From IMG/VR virus record IMGVR_UViG_3300022861_000081: a DNA stretch of 64,000 nt. One strand, 5' to 3'. The position numbers and the translations under genes are program-made. How positions within the stretch are numbered: the first letter of the stretch is position 1; each line of letters begins with the position of its first letter. Below are positions 18,970 to 29,375 of this stretch, one piece after another. This DNA is from an uncultured virus (IMG/VR IMGVR_UViG_3300022861_000081). Its lineage: Duplodnaviria > Heunggongvirae > Uroviricota > Caudoviricetes. The notes under the pieces are model-generated. The model searched no databases. It was not told the origin of the DNA and saw only the letters and a program-made list of their open reading frames with translations.

Positions 18970-19032
18970 GCATGCCATAAACAATGCACACCGCAGTTCG
19001 TAAGCTGGCAGCTTATATCGTGCAGCACCGCG

Positions 19033-19350
19033 TTACTCATCCCATGAATCTGCAAAACCAATAGCCCCATACCCGTCTATCGTAATAATGAAAAGGTCCT
19101 GCCACCCAATGCGCGGATCACCATCCTTGCTGTACCGCCTTGCATGTATCGCATCAGGAGCAACATCGATGAAATGAGCAAGATCCTGTGCAATATGCCG
19201 CTTCACATCATCCACACTCGCAAACGTCCGAACCGTCTCCATCGACTCTGCCAAACCACCACGATGAAACCTAAAACGTATTCCCACTTCCCCACCCCTC
19301 CTAACACCGCAGCGCATAAACTGACAACTCCTATCCTGCCACATACGCAA
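19033..19350 (-). CDS. Hypothetical phage protein
   Basis: RFHRGGLAESMETV..DPRIGW; start uncertain. Confidence 0.5.
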   Translation of the reverse strand: MRMWQDRSCQFMRCGVRRGGEVGIRFRFHRGGLAESMETVRTFASVDDVKRHIAQDLAHFIDVAPDAIHARRYSKDGDPRIGWQDLFIITIDGYGAIGFADSWDE

Positions 19351-20105
19351 CGCTCAAGCATATCAACTTTGCGCTTCCGTTGCGCTCTATCCACTACGCT
19401 ACCTAAATTTTCATAGATTTTCCTTTGCGCTTCCGTTGCGCTTCTAGCTTCGGAATTTCTATATTTTTTCCGGGTGAGGGCTAAGGCGTCATAGACGTCG
19501 GGCCACCCCCCCAGCCCGGACAACTAAGGAAACGCGCGCGACTATAGACGCGACAATTGACTAGGATCTACCACCGCCGGCAGCATTGCGCAGACCGGCC
19601 GGCAGGCCACCGCCGCTAAATCTGTAGAATTGGCGACAGACTACCACCCCGGACAGCCACACACCCCTGAAACTGGCCTACAGACGGCTCTAGAGCACTG
19701 CTAGAGGCGCTAGGTGCGCTCTGTAGCGCCATTGCCGCGCCAGCCTATGCGCGCACCCGTGGCAGGCCGCACAGCGCTTGCATTGCGCCTGTTTACGCGT
19801 TTGATAGGCGTCCATGAATCTTGGATAGGCGAGCAAAGGCTTTGTCTCTTCCATCATGTATTGCGCCTTTTGCGCCTGTTGCCCTGTACCGCCGCACACA
19901 GAGAACCGGCATTTTGCCGCTTTGCCGGTAGCGCAGAGTATCGCACCAAACCCGCATAGGCGTTAGGCTTGCGGCTCTTATGCTTGCACCACGCTGGTAT
20001 ACGTACGCCAACTAAATCGAAACGAATCGTCACAACGATACGATTTATACTTGCAATGCTGTTACGTTTCAGGCATAGTAATAACAGCACGGGAGACGAC
20101 ACACA

Positions 20106-20252
20106 ATGACGGCACAGGGAATCATGCAGAACGTACGAATCTTGGAATACCTGAAGAAAGAGGTCCGCATCCTCACCAACCGCACGTCGCGTGATCAGGC
20201 GTTGTATGACGCTATCCGCATTGTGAGCGGCGTTACTCGCGGAAACCTTTAA
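20106..20252 (+). CDS. 48-aa hypothetical early protein
   Basis: GGGAG RBS; follows a TTGCAA..CATAGT promoter-like sequence; translated by hand. Confidence 0.5.
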   Translation: MTAQGIMQNVRILEYLKKEVRILTNRTSRDQALYDAIRIVSGVTRGNL

Positions 20253-20319
20253 CCAATGCGCCCGCTCGTGGGCATGGTACGCGAGCAAGAATCTACAAGG
20301 CACACGGGAGAGAGACACA

Positions 20320-20844
20320 ATGCTTACACCTGAACCTGATACCAAACTGACGTTGATTAACAGCAAAGGGCGCATTGTCGCCTATGCGTTTCCGTGCCGT
20401 GTTGAGGCGTTTGCTTCCGATTTTAACTATCGGCTGGAGAATGGCGCGGGTTGCGGCTGTGACAAGGAATGTTTGTTTAAGGCGTTCGCGTATGTTTGGT
20501 TAGACGCAACGTCCTGCAATGCTTCGGGACCGCTTGCGGCGGAATGGGTCGAGTACATGAAAACCAAACTGCGCGACACTAAACGGTTTCCGGTCGTCAT
20601 TCTTGAACGGAAGGAACAGAGCGCAAACACGGAAGAGCGCAAGGTAAAAATCGTTGCGCAGTTTGGGCCGGAGTACAGCTTTGTGTCTGACAGCCAAGAT
20701 ACAGCGCCGATCAAGGAATCTGTACCGGACGCGAAAAACTATGATGCGTTCTTTGTGTTGTCGGGAGACGGCGAGTATACGGCAGTTTGGGGCATGGTTG
20801 GGATTGTCCCGTACCGCTCGAAGCTTGTAACGCGGCTGCTGTAA
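20320..20844 (+). CDS. Hypothetical early protein
   Basis: 174-aa ORF with GGGAG RBS. Confidence 0.6.
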   Translation: MLTPEPDTKLTLINSKGRIVAYAFPCRVEAFASDFNYRLENGAGCGCDKECLFKAFAYVWLDATSCNASGPLAAEWVEYMKTKLRDTKRFPVVILERKEQSANTEERKVKIVAQFGPEYSFVSDSQDTAPIKESVPDAKNYDAFFVLSGDGEYTAVWGMVGIVPYRSKLVTRLL

Positions 20845-20907
20845 TCAACGCGCCCGCTCGCACACAGCGCAAACTATCACGCAAGATAACAGAAAAGGAA
20901 AAGCGCA

Positions 20908-21129
20908 ATGGCAAAGTATTTTGTACGGTTGAATCGGGACGTGGAGACGGAAGTGGGGCATCTAGTTGTAATGAGCATGGACGGGAGCAAAACGCCGATT
21001 GCCGCGCCTACCACCTTTGTGCAGCGTGCGGGCGAGTGCAAGTTTTCGACGGCGAAGAGCGCCAAGGCTTTCGTCAAGGCACAGCGTGACGCACACGGGA
21101 TTGACGTATGCTCAGACGTTTACGCCTAG
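20908..21129 (+). CDS. Hypothetical protein
   Basis: 73 aa, AAGGA RBS. Confidence 0.55.
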   Translation: MAKYFVRLNRDVETEVGHLVVMSMDGSKTPIAAPTTFVQRAGECKFSTAKSAKAFVKAQRDAHGIDVCSDVYA

Positions 21130-21198
21130 CTGCATAACGCACACGGCGCAAACTATCACGCATTACTCACAGAGGCAAAGCCTCAAGGATACAAGGCC

Positions 21199-21858
21199 AT
21201 GGCATACGAAACAGCGGAGCAACTTGCAGCGGTACAGGCATGGGCAAAGCAGCACGGGCGCACGTGGAAAGCAGCATTGCGCGCGGCATGGGCGAGCGGA
21301 GACTATCAGGGTTTCGACGGCGCGCCGCTTTTGCAGCAACTCCGAAACGCGTTTGGGCCCTCGTGGCTTGTATCGTTTCGCCTGCCGGTCGAGACACAAG
21401 ATCTCGCACCCGTTTCCAAGGTCACGCTTTCGCCTAAGTCTGCCCGCGCCGTGAAGAAATACGGCTTAGATGAATGCGTTAAAGCGTATGCCCGGAACCA
21501 AGAGGGCTACGGCGCGTCGACCATCGCTTTCGAAAACGGCTGGCGAACGAATCAGGCCGATGCAGCCATTGACGCGGGCGAAGAATATACCGTCTTCACG
21601 ACCGGCCATGCATTGCCCTATGGTCCAAGGCACGCGGGCGAAGTTGCGCCGCTTGAGAATCTGCCTACGGCTACGGAATGCGCCGAAACTCTTGCGCCTG
21701 TAGATCCTGCCCACGTGAAATGGATGGAGTCCATACTCGCGGAGGATACGCGCTCAACAGACTATGAGCTGGGGCTATTTTTCGTAGCTCATGCCGTGCC
21801 GCAAAAGACGGCGGAAAGCTACATTGCGCGCCGTGCCGATTACCATAACGCGCTCTAG
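21199..21858 (+). CDS. Hypothetical protein
   Basis: 219 aa; N-terminus WAKQHGRTWKAAL..LQQLRNAFGPSWL resembles a small mobile-element domain. Confidence 0.6.
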   Translation: MAYETAEQLAAVQAWAKQHGRTWKAALRAAWASGDYQGFDGAPLLQQLRNAFGPSWLVSFRLPVETQDLAPVSKVTLSPKSARAVKKYGLDECVKAYARNQEGYGASTIAFENGWRTNQADAAIDAGEEYTVFTTGHALPYGPRHAGEVAPLENLPTATECAETLAPVDPAHVKWMESILAEDTRSTDYELGLFFVAHAVPQKTAESYIARRADYHNAL

Positions 21859-21893
21859 ACATAGCAGGGGCACAGCCCCAAGGATTACGCATT

Positions 21894-22118
21894 ATGCCTT
21901 ACACAGATGCAGAGCGCGTTATCGTACAGCGGCGCATTTTCGGCTGTACGGCGGCAGAGCTGGAAACCATCGTAGATGCACAGCATCCGCGCTTAAAGAT
22001 TGCACTCTCTGTGCTGTCGGACGCGCAAGAGCTGATACAGCGCGGGCAGACAGAGGATGCGCGGCAAGCCATTAACCGGGCAAAATACATGATCAACGCG
22101 GCGGAGAATCGCGCGTAG
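21894..22118 (+). CDS. Hypothetical protein
   Basis: 74 aa, AAGGA RBS after a GGGGC-ACA-GCCCC hairpin. Confidence 0.55.
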   Translation: MPYTDAERVIVQRRIFGCTAAELETIVDAQHPRLKIALSVLSDAQELIQRGQTEDARQAINRAKYMINAAENRA

Positions 22119-22179
22119 GGAAAGCGCAAACAATCACGCAACACTAGCAGGGGCACAGCCCCAAGAAAGCGAAACGATT

Positions 22180-22821
22180 ATGAAACGCGACGGGAAAAAA
22201 GTTACGCTGGAAATGACGCCTTGCACGTGGTGCCACGGAACGGGAACCGCTGCAGCGCTGGTACTCTGCCCCAACTGCGAAGGAACCGGACGCGGCCCAC
22301 GTGGCGGTGAAAACGGCTGCCGCAAGTGTAACGGCATGCGCAAGGTTTACAGCCATACGCTCACTGAAACCTGCACGAGCTGCAATGGCGCTGGACAGGT
22401 TCCGGAAACGAATTGCGATACCATGCCCGCCGAATGGTGGAGTGCATTCGATTTTCGCGTCTACCGGCAAGATAGAGGCCAAACCTATAACGAATATTTG
22501 CTCGCGCATGGATGCGTTTATTCCTGCACGGATTACGGCACGGCTGCCGGTATGTCCGATGAGGCCATTATCGCCAAGGTGATGGGCGAAGAGCGCTTTA
22601 CGCAATTGATCAAAGTCGCGGACAAGGAAAATGTCCTTTGCAATCACATCGGCATTTTTATCAATCGCGAAGGGTACTCTGTGCGCGCGGTTTTTGAATC
22701 GGACGGCGCGGACGCGCTGAACACTCTGGCGCATGAACGCGGCAAAGAGGAAGGCTTGCGCGTAGGCAATGCCATTGCACAGGCAGGCGGTAACGGCACT
22801 ATCGGTGCAATCTATAAATAA
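22180..22821 (+). CDS. Protein with DnaJ-type CxxCxGxG zinc-finger repeats
   Basis: CTWCHGTG, CPNCEGTG, CRKCNG and CTSCNGAG; no J-domain HPD motif. Confidence 0.7.
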   Translation: MKRDGKKVTLEMTPCTWCHGTGTAAALVLCPNCEGTGRGPRGGENGCRKCNGMRKVYSHTLTETCTSCNGAGQVPETNCDTMPAEWWSAFDFRVYRQDRGQTYNEYLLAHGCVYSCTDYGTAAGMSDEAIIAKVMGEERFTQLIKVADKENVLCNHIGIFINREGYSVRAVFESDGADALNTLAHERGKEEGLRVGNAIAQAGGNGTIGAIYK

Positions 22822-22909
22822 CAATCTGTTACGGAATTACGATTTATAGTTGCAATGCCGTAACTATCATGATAGGGTTATATCAGTTCAGGAGAGAGAG
22901 GAACACACA

Positions 22910-23110
22910 ATGAGCATGGAAAAAGGTTTATGCGGTTACGTTTGTTTTTATCAGGGAAAGCGCGTGGAAGTCTACGCCGAATCGATGCTTGCAGCACAGA
23001 AGCTTGTGGCCGCGCAATTGCAAGTACCTGCCAGAAAGCAGTATTTAATCTCTGTGAATCTTTGCGAGCGCGAAGACGGCTCAGACGTGATTCATACGGC
23101 GACGTTCTAA
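22910..23110 (+). CDS. Hypothetical phage protein
   Basis: GAGGA RBS; GYVCFYQGKRVEVYA. Confidence 0.6.
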   Translation: MSMEKGLCGYVCFYQGKRVEVYAESMLAAQKLVAAQLQVPARKQYLISVNLCEREDGSDVIHTATF

Positions 23111-23221
23111 CGCGGGAGTTTTTCCCGTCTACGTGGTAATCGGTCCACGTGCTGAACGAGCGCAAGTCAGAGACTTTAAGCGCGAAACGGGAACTTAGTT
23201 CCGAGCCTCAAGGGGGGCAGA

Positions 23222-24169
23222 ATGAACACTTTTGCACACAATTTTTCTATCGGCGCGGCAATCAATCCTAGCGTAGCTCTTCGCCTGCAGAATCCGCTTT
23301 CTATGGATGAATTGCGCCATTATGCGCCGTCCGCCTTTGCCACGTCCGCGCACGAATCCCGCTCTGCCCGCTATACCTATATTCCCACGTCAGACGTTAT
23401 TGACGGCCTTATGAAAGAGGGTTTCCAGCCTTTTAAAGCCACGCAAGGCCGCTCGCGTGTTGCGGGCAAGGCCGAATACACAAAGCACATGATTCGTTTC
23501 CGCCATCCTGATTCTTTCAGCGCAATTCAAAAAGTGGGCGATTCCGTCCCGGAGGTCGTTCTCGTCAATTCCCACGATGGCACGAGCGCGTATAAGCTGA
23601 GCGCCGGTCTTTTCCGTTTGGTTTGCTCGAATGGCCTTATGGTTTCAGATTCCACCGTTCCGATGCTCTCCATTCAACACAAAGGCGACATTGTTCGCGA
23701 CGTGATCGAAGGATCTTTCCAGATTGTCGGCCAGAGCGAAAAAGCGCTCGCACGCGCGGATGAATGGAATCAGCTTCAGCTTACGGCAGGCGAGCAAGGC
23801 GCGTTTGCCGATGCTGCGCGGCAATTGCGCTTTTCAGATGTAGAGGGCAAAATTACATCGCCGATTACCGCTGAGCAACTTCTTCGCCCGCGTCGTGAGG
23901 CCGATGCTACCGGCCTTATCAATTGGCGCACCCCCGCCGCTCCAAAGCCGGATCTTTGGCACACGTTGAACGTGGTGCAGGAGAATGTAGTGCGCGGCGG
24001 ATTGCATGGCATGCAGCACGGCACAGACCCGCAGACCGGCCGCCGCACCATGCGCCGCGTTACGACGCGCGAGGTTCGCGGCATCGATCAAGATGTACGC
24101 CTGAACAGAGCTTTGTGGCAACTGGCGGAACGCATGGCAGAGCTGAAAGGCGCGGCCGTAGCTGCCTAG
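23222..24169 (+). CDS. DUF932/DUF945-family protein
   Basis: APSAFA..HESRSARYTYIPT, KHMIRFR, NSHDGTSAY, FRLVCSNG, LNRALW. Confidence 0.85.
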   Translation: MNTFAHNFSIGAAINPSVALRLQNPLSMDELRHYAPSAFATSAHESRSARYTYIPTSDVIDGLMKEGFQPFKATQGRSRVAGKAEYTKHMIRFRHPDSFSAIQKVGDSVPEVVLVNSHDGTSAYKLSAGLFRLVCSNGLMVSDSTVPMLSIQHKGDIVRDVIEGSFQIVGQSEKALARADEWNQLQLTAGEQGAFADAARQLRFSDVEGKITSPITAEQLLRPRREADATGLINWRTPAAPKPDLWHTLNVVQENVVRGGLHGMQHGTDPQTGRRTMRRVTTREVRGIDQDVRLNRALWQLAERMAELKGAAVAA

Positions 24170-24246
24170 CTCGCACGTACAGGGCAGGCGCAATGTCTGC
24201 CCATTTTCTTCACCGTACAGCCACAACATTCAAAGGATGCGCCCCT

Positions 24247-25053
24247 ATGTTCAGGATTCAATTCCATGTGAGTTATCAGGATCAAGTGTGTTACGACGTT
24301 TTTGGTCACGACACAGTGAGGCAGATTGAAACCTACTCCGCCCCACAGCATACGCTCGATTACATGCGCACCACGTTTAATCATAACGGCGACGCGACGG
24401 CATTCGAGCGCAACATTTTGAGCCGTCAAGGTGGCGCTGTGATTCGCGCAGTTCACGGTTTGAGCGAGCCTTTCCCGTACAGATGGAGCATGGGAACGTA
24501 TTCGCTATTCGTGGGCGAGCTGTACCGCATGCGCGCCGATTATATGGCCGATTACGCGCTGAAAGTCAAAAAATATGGCCTTGCCGACTGGGGCGACCCC
24601 GAGCCTATGCGCCCGATTCCGAGCCCTATCTACTTTGATAGAAGCATGGAGTTAAACCGCTTTCAGGTCGAGCCATGGTTTAACTCTGCCGTCTCTGCCA
24701 GCATCAAAAACGCGATTATTCTCGCCGAGCGCATGCGCGACTATGACGCGATTCAAGGGCCGCGCGTTGGCGATTGGCTGGACACTCCCAAGGGACAATT
24801 CCGCATTGCGCTTTGCTCGAAGGACACAATCCAACCCACCATGTACACAGCGGAAGAGAATCAGGGTTTTTACCTTGGCGGCGCTATTTCCTATAGCGGC
24901 AGTCTCGGCGAGCCCGTTCAGCTTTCCCGGATGTATGACTCGGGAGAAAAGCGCGCGGCGCTCGTTTGGTTTTTCAGCGAAAATGACGTGCGCGCACATA
25001 ACAGCGTTTATCAGAAGGCCGATTTTCGCATCTTTCGTTTGATCGGAGAGTAA
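24247..25053 (+). CDS. DUF4121-like protein
   Basis: C-terminal GPRVGD..GFYLG..SYSG..WFF..AHN pattern; family call from recall. Confidence 0.55.
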   Translation: MFRIQFHVSYQDQVCYDVFGHDTVRQIETYSAPQHTLDYMRTTFNHNGDATAFERNILSRQGGAVIRAVHGLSEPFPYRWSMGTYSLFVGELYRMRADYMADYALKVKKYGLADWGDPEPMRPIPSPIYFDRSMELNRFQVEPWFNSAVSASIKNAIILAERMRDYDAIQGPRVGDWLDTPKGQFRIALCSKDTIQPTMYTAEENQGFYLGGAISYSGSLGEPVQLSRMYDSGEKRAALVWFFSENDVRAHNSVYQKADFRIFRLIGE

Positions 25054-25058
25054 CGGCT

Positions 25059-25295
25059 ATGTACACGACTTTTGAAGATGAGCGCACCGTATACGTTGCG
25101 GCGAATGGTGAGGCACTGGTAACGGCAACAATCAACGGCAAACGGGAGTATGTTGCTGCTACAAAAGACGGCTATCGCACCGATTATCCAATCGACTACG
25201 GCACAGGGCAAATTGGCTGGGATAATCCGGAATGGTTCACAGCAGGATTCAAGAAACGCGCACGCACGGCAATTCTGGCCGGAAAGGGGCTCTAG
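25059..25295 (+). CDS. Hypothetical protein
   Basis: 78 aa, GGAGAG RBS. Confidence 0.55.
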   Translation: MYTTFEDERTVYVAANGEALVTATINGKREYVAATKDGYRTDYPIDYGTGQIGWDNPEWFTAGFKKRARTAILAGKGL

Positions 25296-25733
25296 ATGGG
25301 TTACTGCTACAGTCAAAGCGGTCGTTTGTTGTGCGACTATTGCGGCGCAGAGGGCGCGAGAAAGTATCGTTGCCCGTTTGAATGGTGCCAACCCGTCGCG
25401 GCCTGCCCCGCTTGCCACAAGGCGCACGCGGAACACTTCGGGCGAGCCGCTCACCGTGCGCAAGGATGCGAAAAAAGGCATCTGCAATTTGCCGCTGAAC
25501 TGGCGGAGCGCGCGGCGGCAATCGCGGCAGGCGAGTTTGTCCTTTCCGCTGGCCTGAACGCTGGAAATGATATGGTTCACGCCATTTTTAGCAGCGCCAC
25601 CGGCGAAAAAGGTAAACTAATTCCACGCGCAATTTATGCGCAACGTGAGAGTTTTACCGGCTGCATGACCATTGCAAAGTTCGAAGAGCTGGCAGGGCAT
25701 GCTTTGCCCGATGCGCCCGCCACTTACCACTAA
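25296..25733 (+). CDS. Cys-rich hypothetical protein
   Basis: CDYC, CPFEWC and CPAC motifs. Confidence 0.6.
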   Translation: MGYCYSQSGRLLCDYCGAEGARKYRCPFEWCQPVAACPACHKAHAEHFGRAAHRAQGCEKRHLQFAAELAERAAAIAAGEFVLSAGLNAGNDMVHAIFSSATGEKGKLIPRAIYAQRESFTGCMTIAKFEELAGHALPDAPATYH

Positions 25734-26178
25734 CCTTTCGCCCGCCCGTGGGCCTGTACGCGGGCAAGGAACGGCGATGGTTTTAACTACGGTTTTTTGC
25801 ATTGGTTGGTTTCTCATCGCCCTTGCATTCTTGCGAATTGAAGACCGCATCGACAGGGTAGAGCGCCGTAACGCTGAACGCTTTGAAGAGCTGGAAAAGA
25901 AAATCGGGAGGTAAGAAGCCAGTGAACGCACAAATGATCATCGACATTTTTTGTGTAGTTTTGACCATCACCGCTTTCTGGTCGTTTCGGGCGGACATAC
26001 AGAGGAACCACGCCACGCGGGAAATTCTTTATCGGCTTGAGCGATTGGAAAGTAACTTGGACGACCTGAAAAAGCAGTTTGAAGAAAGCGAAAAAGCGTA
26101 ATCTAACAGAGTCCAGATTCCGGACTTTGATAGGCAACAGATTTTTAACGGCGGCACAGCCGCAAGGAGAAACAGAGT

Positions 26179-26628
26179 ATGCCTGAACAGGATGAGTTTT
26201 TTGGCAAGGTCATTTACAGCTACACGCGCGCGCAGGCGATTGACGACGGCGTTTTGGTGGATCTGTCGGACCCGTCTTTCACCTTTCGCCGTGGCCTGAA
26301 CATTCTCAAAGAGGCCGGTATCAAATTTCCTCTCGCCATGACGCAGACCTCTTTTGCTCGCACAGTGCAAGAGCTTGGCGAGCCCCTACCCCCTGCCCAA
26401 GACCTAAGCGGGCGACTATGGGACGTGCTGACCATGCTCAAATTTGCCATAAAGAACGGCGGAAACGAGAGCACGCTTTTCTTTTCCGTGTGCGTGTGGA
26501 ATTGGGTATACGTCGACGGCAAGCGCACCGCGCGCACCAAACAGGAAACCGTGCAACTCAAGGCCGTTTGCGGTCCCGGCGACAATGCCGAGCCTGTGAT
26601 TACCGTCATGCTGCCAGACGAAGACTAA
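26179..26628 (+). CDS. Conserved mobile-element protein (DUF6573-like)
   Basis: VIYSYTRAQAIDDGVLVD..GRLWDVL..LKAVCGPGDNAEPVITVMLPDED. Confidence 0.75.
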   Translation: MPEQDEFFGKVIYSYTRAQAIDDGVLVDLSDPSFTFRRGLNILKEAGIKFPLAMTQTSFARTVQELGEPLPPAQDLSGRLWDVLTMLKFAIKNGGNESTLFFSVCVWNWVYVDGKRTARTKQETVQLKAVCGPGDNAEPVITVMLPDED

Positions 26629-26698
26629 GCACCTGTTTGATAGGCGACCAATTCACGCGTAACAGTCGGGTTTTTTCCCGGCAGAATCGAGGGGCACC

Positions 26699-27097
26699 AT
26701 GGAATTTCAATTGAAAATCGAATTAGGCAATGACGCCATGCAGACGGCTGACGACATTCGCGCAGCCGTAAAGGACGTGGCCAAGTATCTCAAGGATTGG
26801 CGCCCCGGCGAGCTGCCCGAAGCTGGGGACAATGCGCCTATCCGCGACGTAAACGGGAACACTGTGGGCGGGTGGAAAATGGTCGAGCACGCGCCCGCGT
26901 CCAATCCGCTCGAAGATCCAAGCAACCTGGCAACCGTTCTAGCTGCCTTGCGCCTCTTCCAGCGCACCTATGACGGCTACGCCGCAAAGCACATCTATGA
27001 TGCGTTCCCGGACCACTTCACGGCCGCCGACGGCAGCACTATCGAGCCGCTTAGCACCGATGACATTGACGCGCTTTGTGTGGATCTGAACGCGTAA
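26699..27097 (+). CDS. Hypothetical protein
   Basis: FQLKIELGNDAM..IRDVNGNTVG; GAGGGG RBS. Confidence 0.6.
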   Translation: MEFQLKIELGNDAMQTADDIRAAVKDVAKYLKDWRPGELPEAGDNAPIRDVNGNTVGGWKMVEHAPASNPLEDPSNLATVLAALRLFQRTYDGYAAKHIYDAFPDHFTAADGSTIEPLSTDDIDALCVDLNA

Positions 27098-27166
27098 ACT
27101 TGCCCTTTTGATAGGCGACCAACTTTTTCCAACTATCCGGAATTTCCGGAGGCATGAGGTAACACA

Positions 27167-27331
27167 ATGAAAACGAAAACCTATGTTTTTTCTGTGACTC
27201 TGAAAGGCAAAGGCGACAACCCGGACGACGCCTGGAAGGATGCAGTCGACGCATTTTCACTCGACGCCGGCATTACGCCCGACGCCTACGAAGAAGAGGA
27301 CGAAGACAGCGACGACGACGAAGACAGCTAG
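27167..27331 (+). CDS. 54-aa protein with poly-acidic tail
   Basis: GAGGT RBS; ends YEEEDEDSDDDEDS; translated by hand. Confidence 0.6.
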   Translation: MKTKTYVFSVTLKGKGDNPDDAWKDAVDAFSLDAGITPDAYEEEDEDSDDDEDS

Positions 27332-27402
27332 CGCACCCCATTTGATAGGGGACACTTTTTTCATGACAATCACGATTTTTTAGCAGGGGCTCAGCCCCAA
27401 GA

Positions 27403-28413
27403 ATGGAAGAAAACACCATGGCAACCATGACCATGCCCGCCGTCCGCACCGCCACCACCCCCACCAGCAAACTCGTTATCCGTTTCCGCACCTGGGCCGA
27501 TGCCCTGCAGCCGAAGATCGAGCACGCAGGCCGACCGATGACGCAGAACCCGACGCCGAAGCGTCAACGGGAATATCAGGGCCGGATGCACGATTGCCGC
27601 AACCTGGAGCGCACACAGCGGGCACTGCGCGCCCTGGCCGATGCGCTCGAAGCCGGAACGGTTCCGCCCGAGCTGGCCGCGCTTACCAAGAAAGCTGAAA
27701 TTGAACACATGGTGCATAAGGGAATCGATTGCGGCAGGGGCGGCTATTATTCCGTGATGGAATCGGACGACTACGCCGAGACTTCGCCAGCGGCGCGGCT
27801 CCTGCAAGGCATGATCGAGGGCAATTCCGCCGAGCGCACCGAACGCGAACGGCTGCGCAAGATTGACGCGCTCGCGGCCGAAATCAAGCTCAGTAGCTAC
27901 CCTGGCTATTTCCCCACGCAGAAACCCGTGATTGAAATCATGCTGCGCCGTGCGCACATTCAGCCCGGCATGAGGGTATTAGAGCCGGAAGCCGGTAGCG
28001 GAGACATTGCCGATGGCGTGAGCGCGGCGGTCCCTGGCGTCATTTTGGAAGTGATCGAGCCGGTTTTCAAGCTCCGCGAGCTGCTGGAGCTGAAGGGCTA
28101 CAAGCTGGTAGGCGAGGACCTGATGCAGCTTTCACGCTCCGAGCTGGGCCAGTATGACCGCATTGTTATGAACCCGCCTTTTGAGCGGCAGCAAGACCTC
28201 GACCACATCCGCCGCGCCTACAATCTGCTCGCCCCGCGCGGTATCCTGGTCTCTGTCTTGAGTCCAAGTTTTGAATTCCGCTCAGACCGCAAGAGCACCG
28301 ATTTTCGCGCGTGGCTGGATGAGGTAAGCGCCACGTGGGAAAACCTGCCCGAAGGATCTTTCAAGGCCAGCGGTACAGGCGTCAGCACGCGGCTTTTAGT
28401 CGTTGAGCGATAG
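27403..28413 (+). CDS. SAM-dependent DNA (adenine) methyltransferase
   Basis: YFPT, VLEPEAGSG (motif I), IVMNPPF (motif IV), FKASGT. Confidence 0.85.
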   Translation: MEENTMATMTMPAVRTATTPTSKLVIRFRTWADALQPKIEHAGRPMTQNPTPKRQREYQGRMHDCRNLERTQRALRALADALEAGTVPPELAALTKKAEIEHMVHKGIDCGRGGYYSVMESDDYAETSPAARLLQGMIEGNSAERTERERLRKIDALAAEIKLSSYPGYFPTQKPVIEIMLRRAHIQPGMRVLEPEAGSGDIADGVSAAVPGVILEVIEPVFKLRELLELKGYKLVGEDLMQLSRSELGQYDRIVMNPPFERQQDLDHIRRAYNLLAPRGILVSVLSPSFEFRSDRKSTDFRAWLDEVSATWENLPEGSFKASGTGVSTRLLVVER

Positions 28414-28657
28414 GAGACTCATGGGCTACGCGCAGGCGATGAAATGGCAACGCACCCACCGCAAGGGAACTCGGCAGCCGGTTCTGATGTCCACCGGCTC
28501 CGGGTTCTGGCCCGCTCATTCCTGGCTGGAAAGAATCTTCTGGCCATACCTCAAACGGTGCGAGGCGGCTGGTATCGAGCCGATGGAATGCCAAGCCTAT
28601 TACAATGCAACGCTCAGCGGCGGCGCAGGCGACCCGCGCCTCTCTGAACAGGATTAA
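28403..28657 (+). CDS. Hypothetical protein
   Basis: Short ORF coupled to the methyltransferase stop; start uncertain. Confidence 0.45.
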   Translation: MSDRRLMGYAQAMKWQRTHRKGTRQPVLMSTGSGFWPAHSWLERIFWPYLKRCEAAGIEPMECQAYYNATLSGGAGDPRLSEQD

Positions 28658-28789
28658 CACCCCATTTTGATAGGGGACACTTTTTTCACGCATAGACGCG
28701 TTTTTAACTAGGACCCAGCCCTAGCCCAAACGTATAACCAAATTTATGCTCAAATGGGTGCTATAGTTGGTTCACGGAGGAAACAAGGC

Positions 28790-28987
28790 ATGAGAGCAAC
28801 CGTATCCCTTGACGACAATCTGTTACGAACAGCAGAAGAGTACAGCGGCTTGACAGAAAGGGCAGCATTGATTCGCGCCGCATTAAAGTCACTGATTGCG
28901 AGAGAAGCCGGTCGTAGACTTTTGGCTTTGGCCGGAACCGCCCCGGACATTGAGGACGTGCGGAGATTGCGAGTAGCTGAACAGTGA
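28790..28987 (+). CDS. vapB: VapB-type antitoxin
   Basis: MRATVSLDDNLLRTAEEYSGLTERAALIRAALKSLIAREAGRRL. Confidence 0.85.
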   Translation: MRATVSLDDNLLRTAEEYSGLTERAALIRAALKSLIAREAGRRLLALAGTAPDIEDVRRLRVAEQ

Positions 28988-29355
28988 TTCTCGCAGACAC
29001 TTCAATCTGGATAGCCATGTTTCGAACTGGCGCTTACAGTGCAGAGCTGCACACATTGATTGCCAATGATCAACTCTGCACGCACCCTTTTTTGATTGCG
29101 GAGCTAGCACTCGGCACATTGCCAGAACGCAAAAAGACACTGGCGTATCTTGACCAGCTAATTTCTATTCCTCCCGTGCAATTGGAGGACATTCGGTACA
29201 TGATCGAGGCACGGGGATTTGCTTCAAAGGGAATCGGCTTAACGGATGCGCATTTAATTGCATCTTGTTTGGCAATTCCGGGAACTCTGCTTTGGACTCT
29301 TGATCGCAAACTGGGCAATGTCGCTGAATCTCTGAACATTCGCGCTACTCTCTAA
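28984..29355 (+). CDS. vapC: VapC PIN-domain toxin
   Basis: ILADTSIWI, ELALG, GIGLTDAHL, LWTLD; GTGA overlap with vapB. Confidence 0.9.
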   Translation: MILADTSIWIAMFRTGAYSAELHTLIANDQLCTHPFLIAELALGTLPERKKTLAYLDQLISIPPVQLEDIRYMIEARGFASKGIGLTDAHLIASCLAIPGTLLWTLDRKLGNVAESLNIRATL

Positions 29356-29375
29356 CACCCCAAGGAGCCAACACC

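Noticed and set aside
22180..22821. dnaJ chaperone
   Set aside because: Only the CxxCxGxG zinc-finger repeats are present; there is no J-domain.
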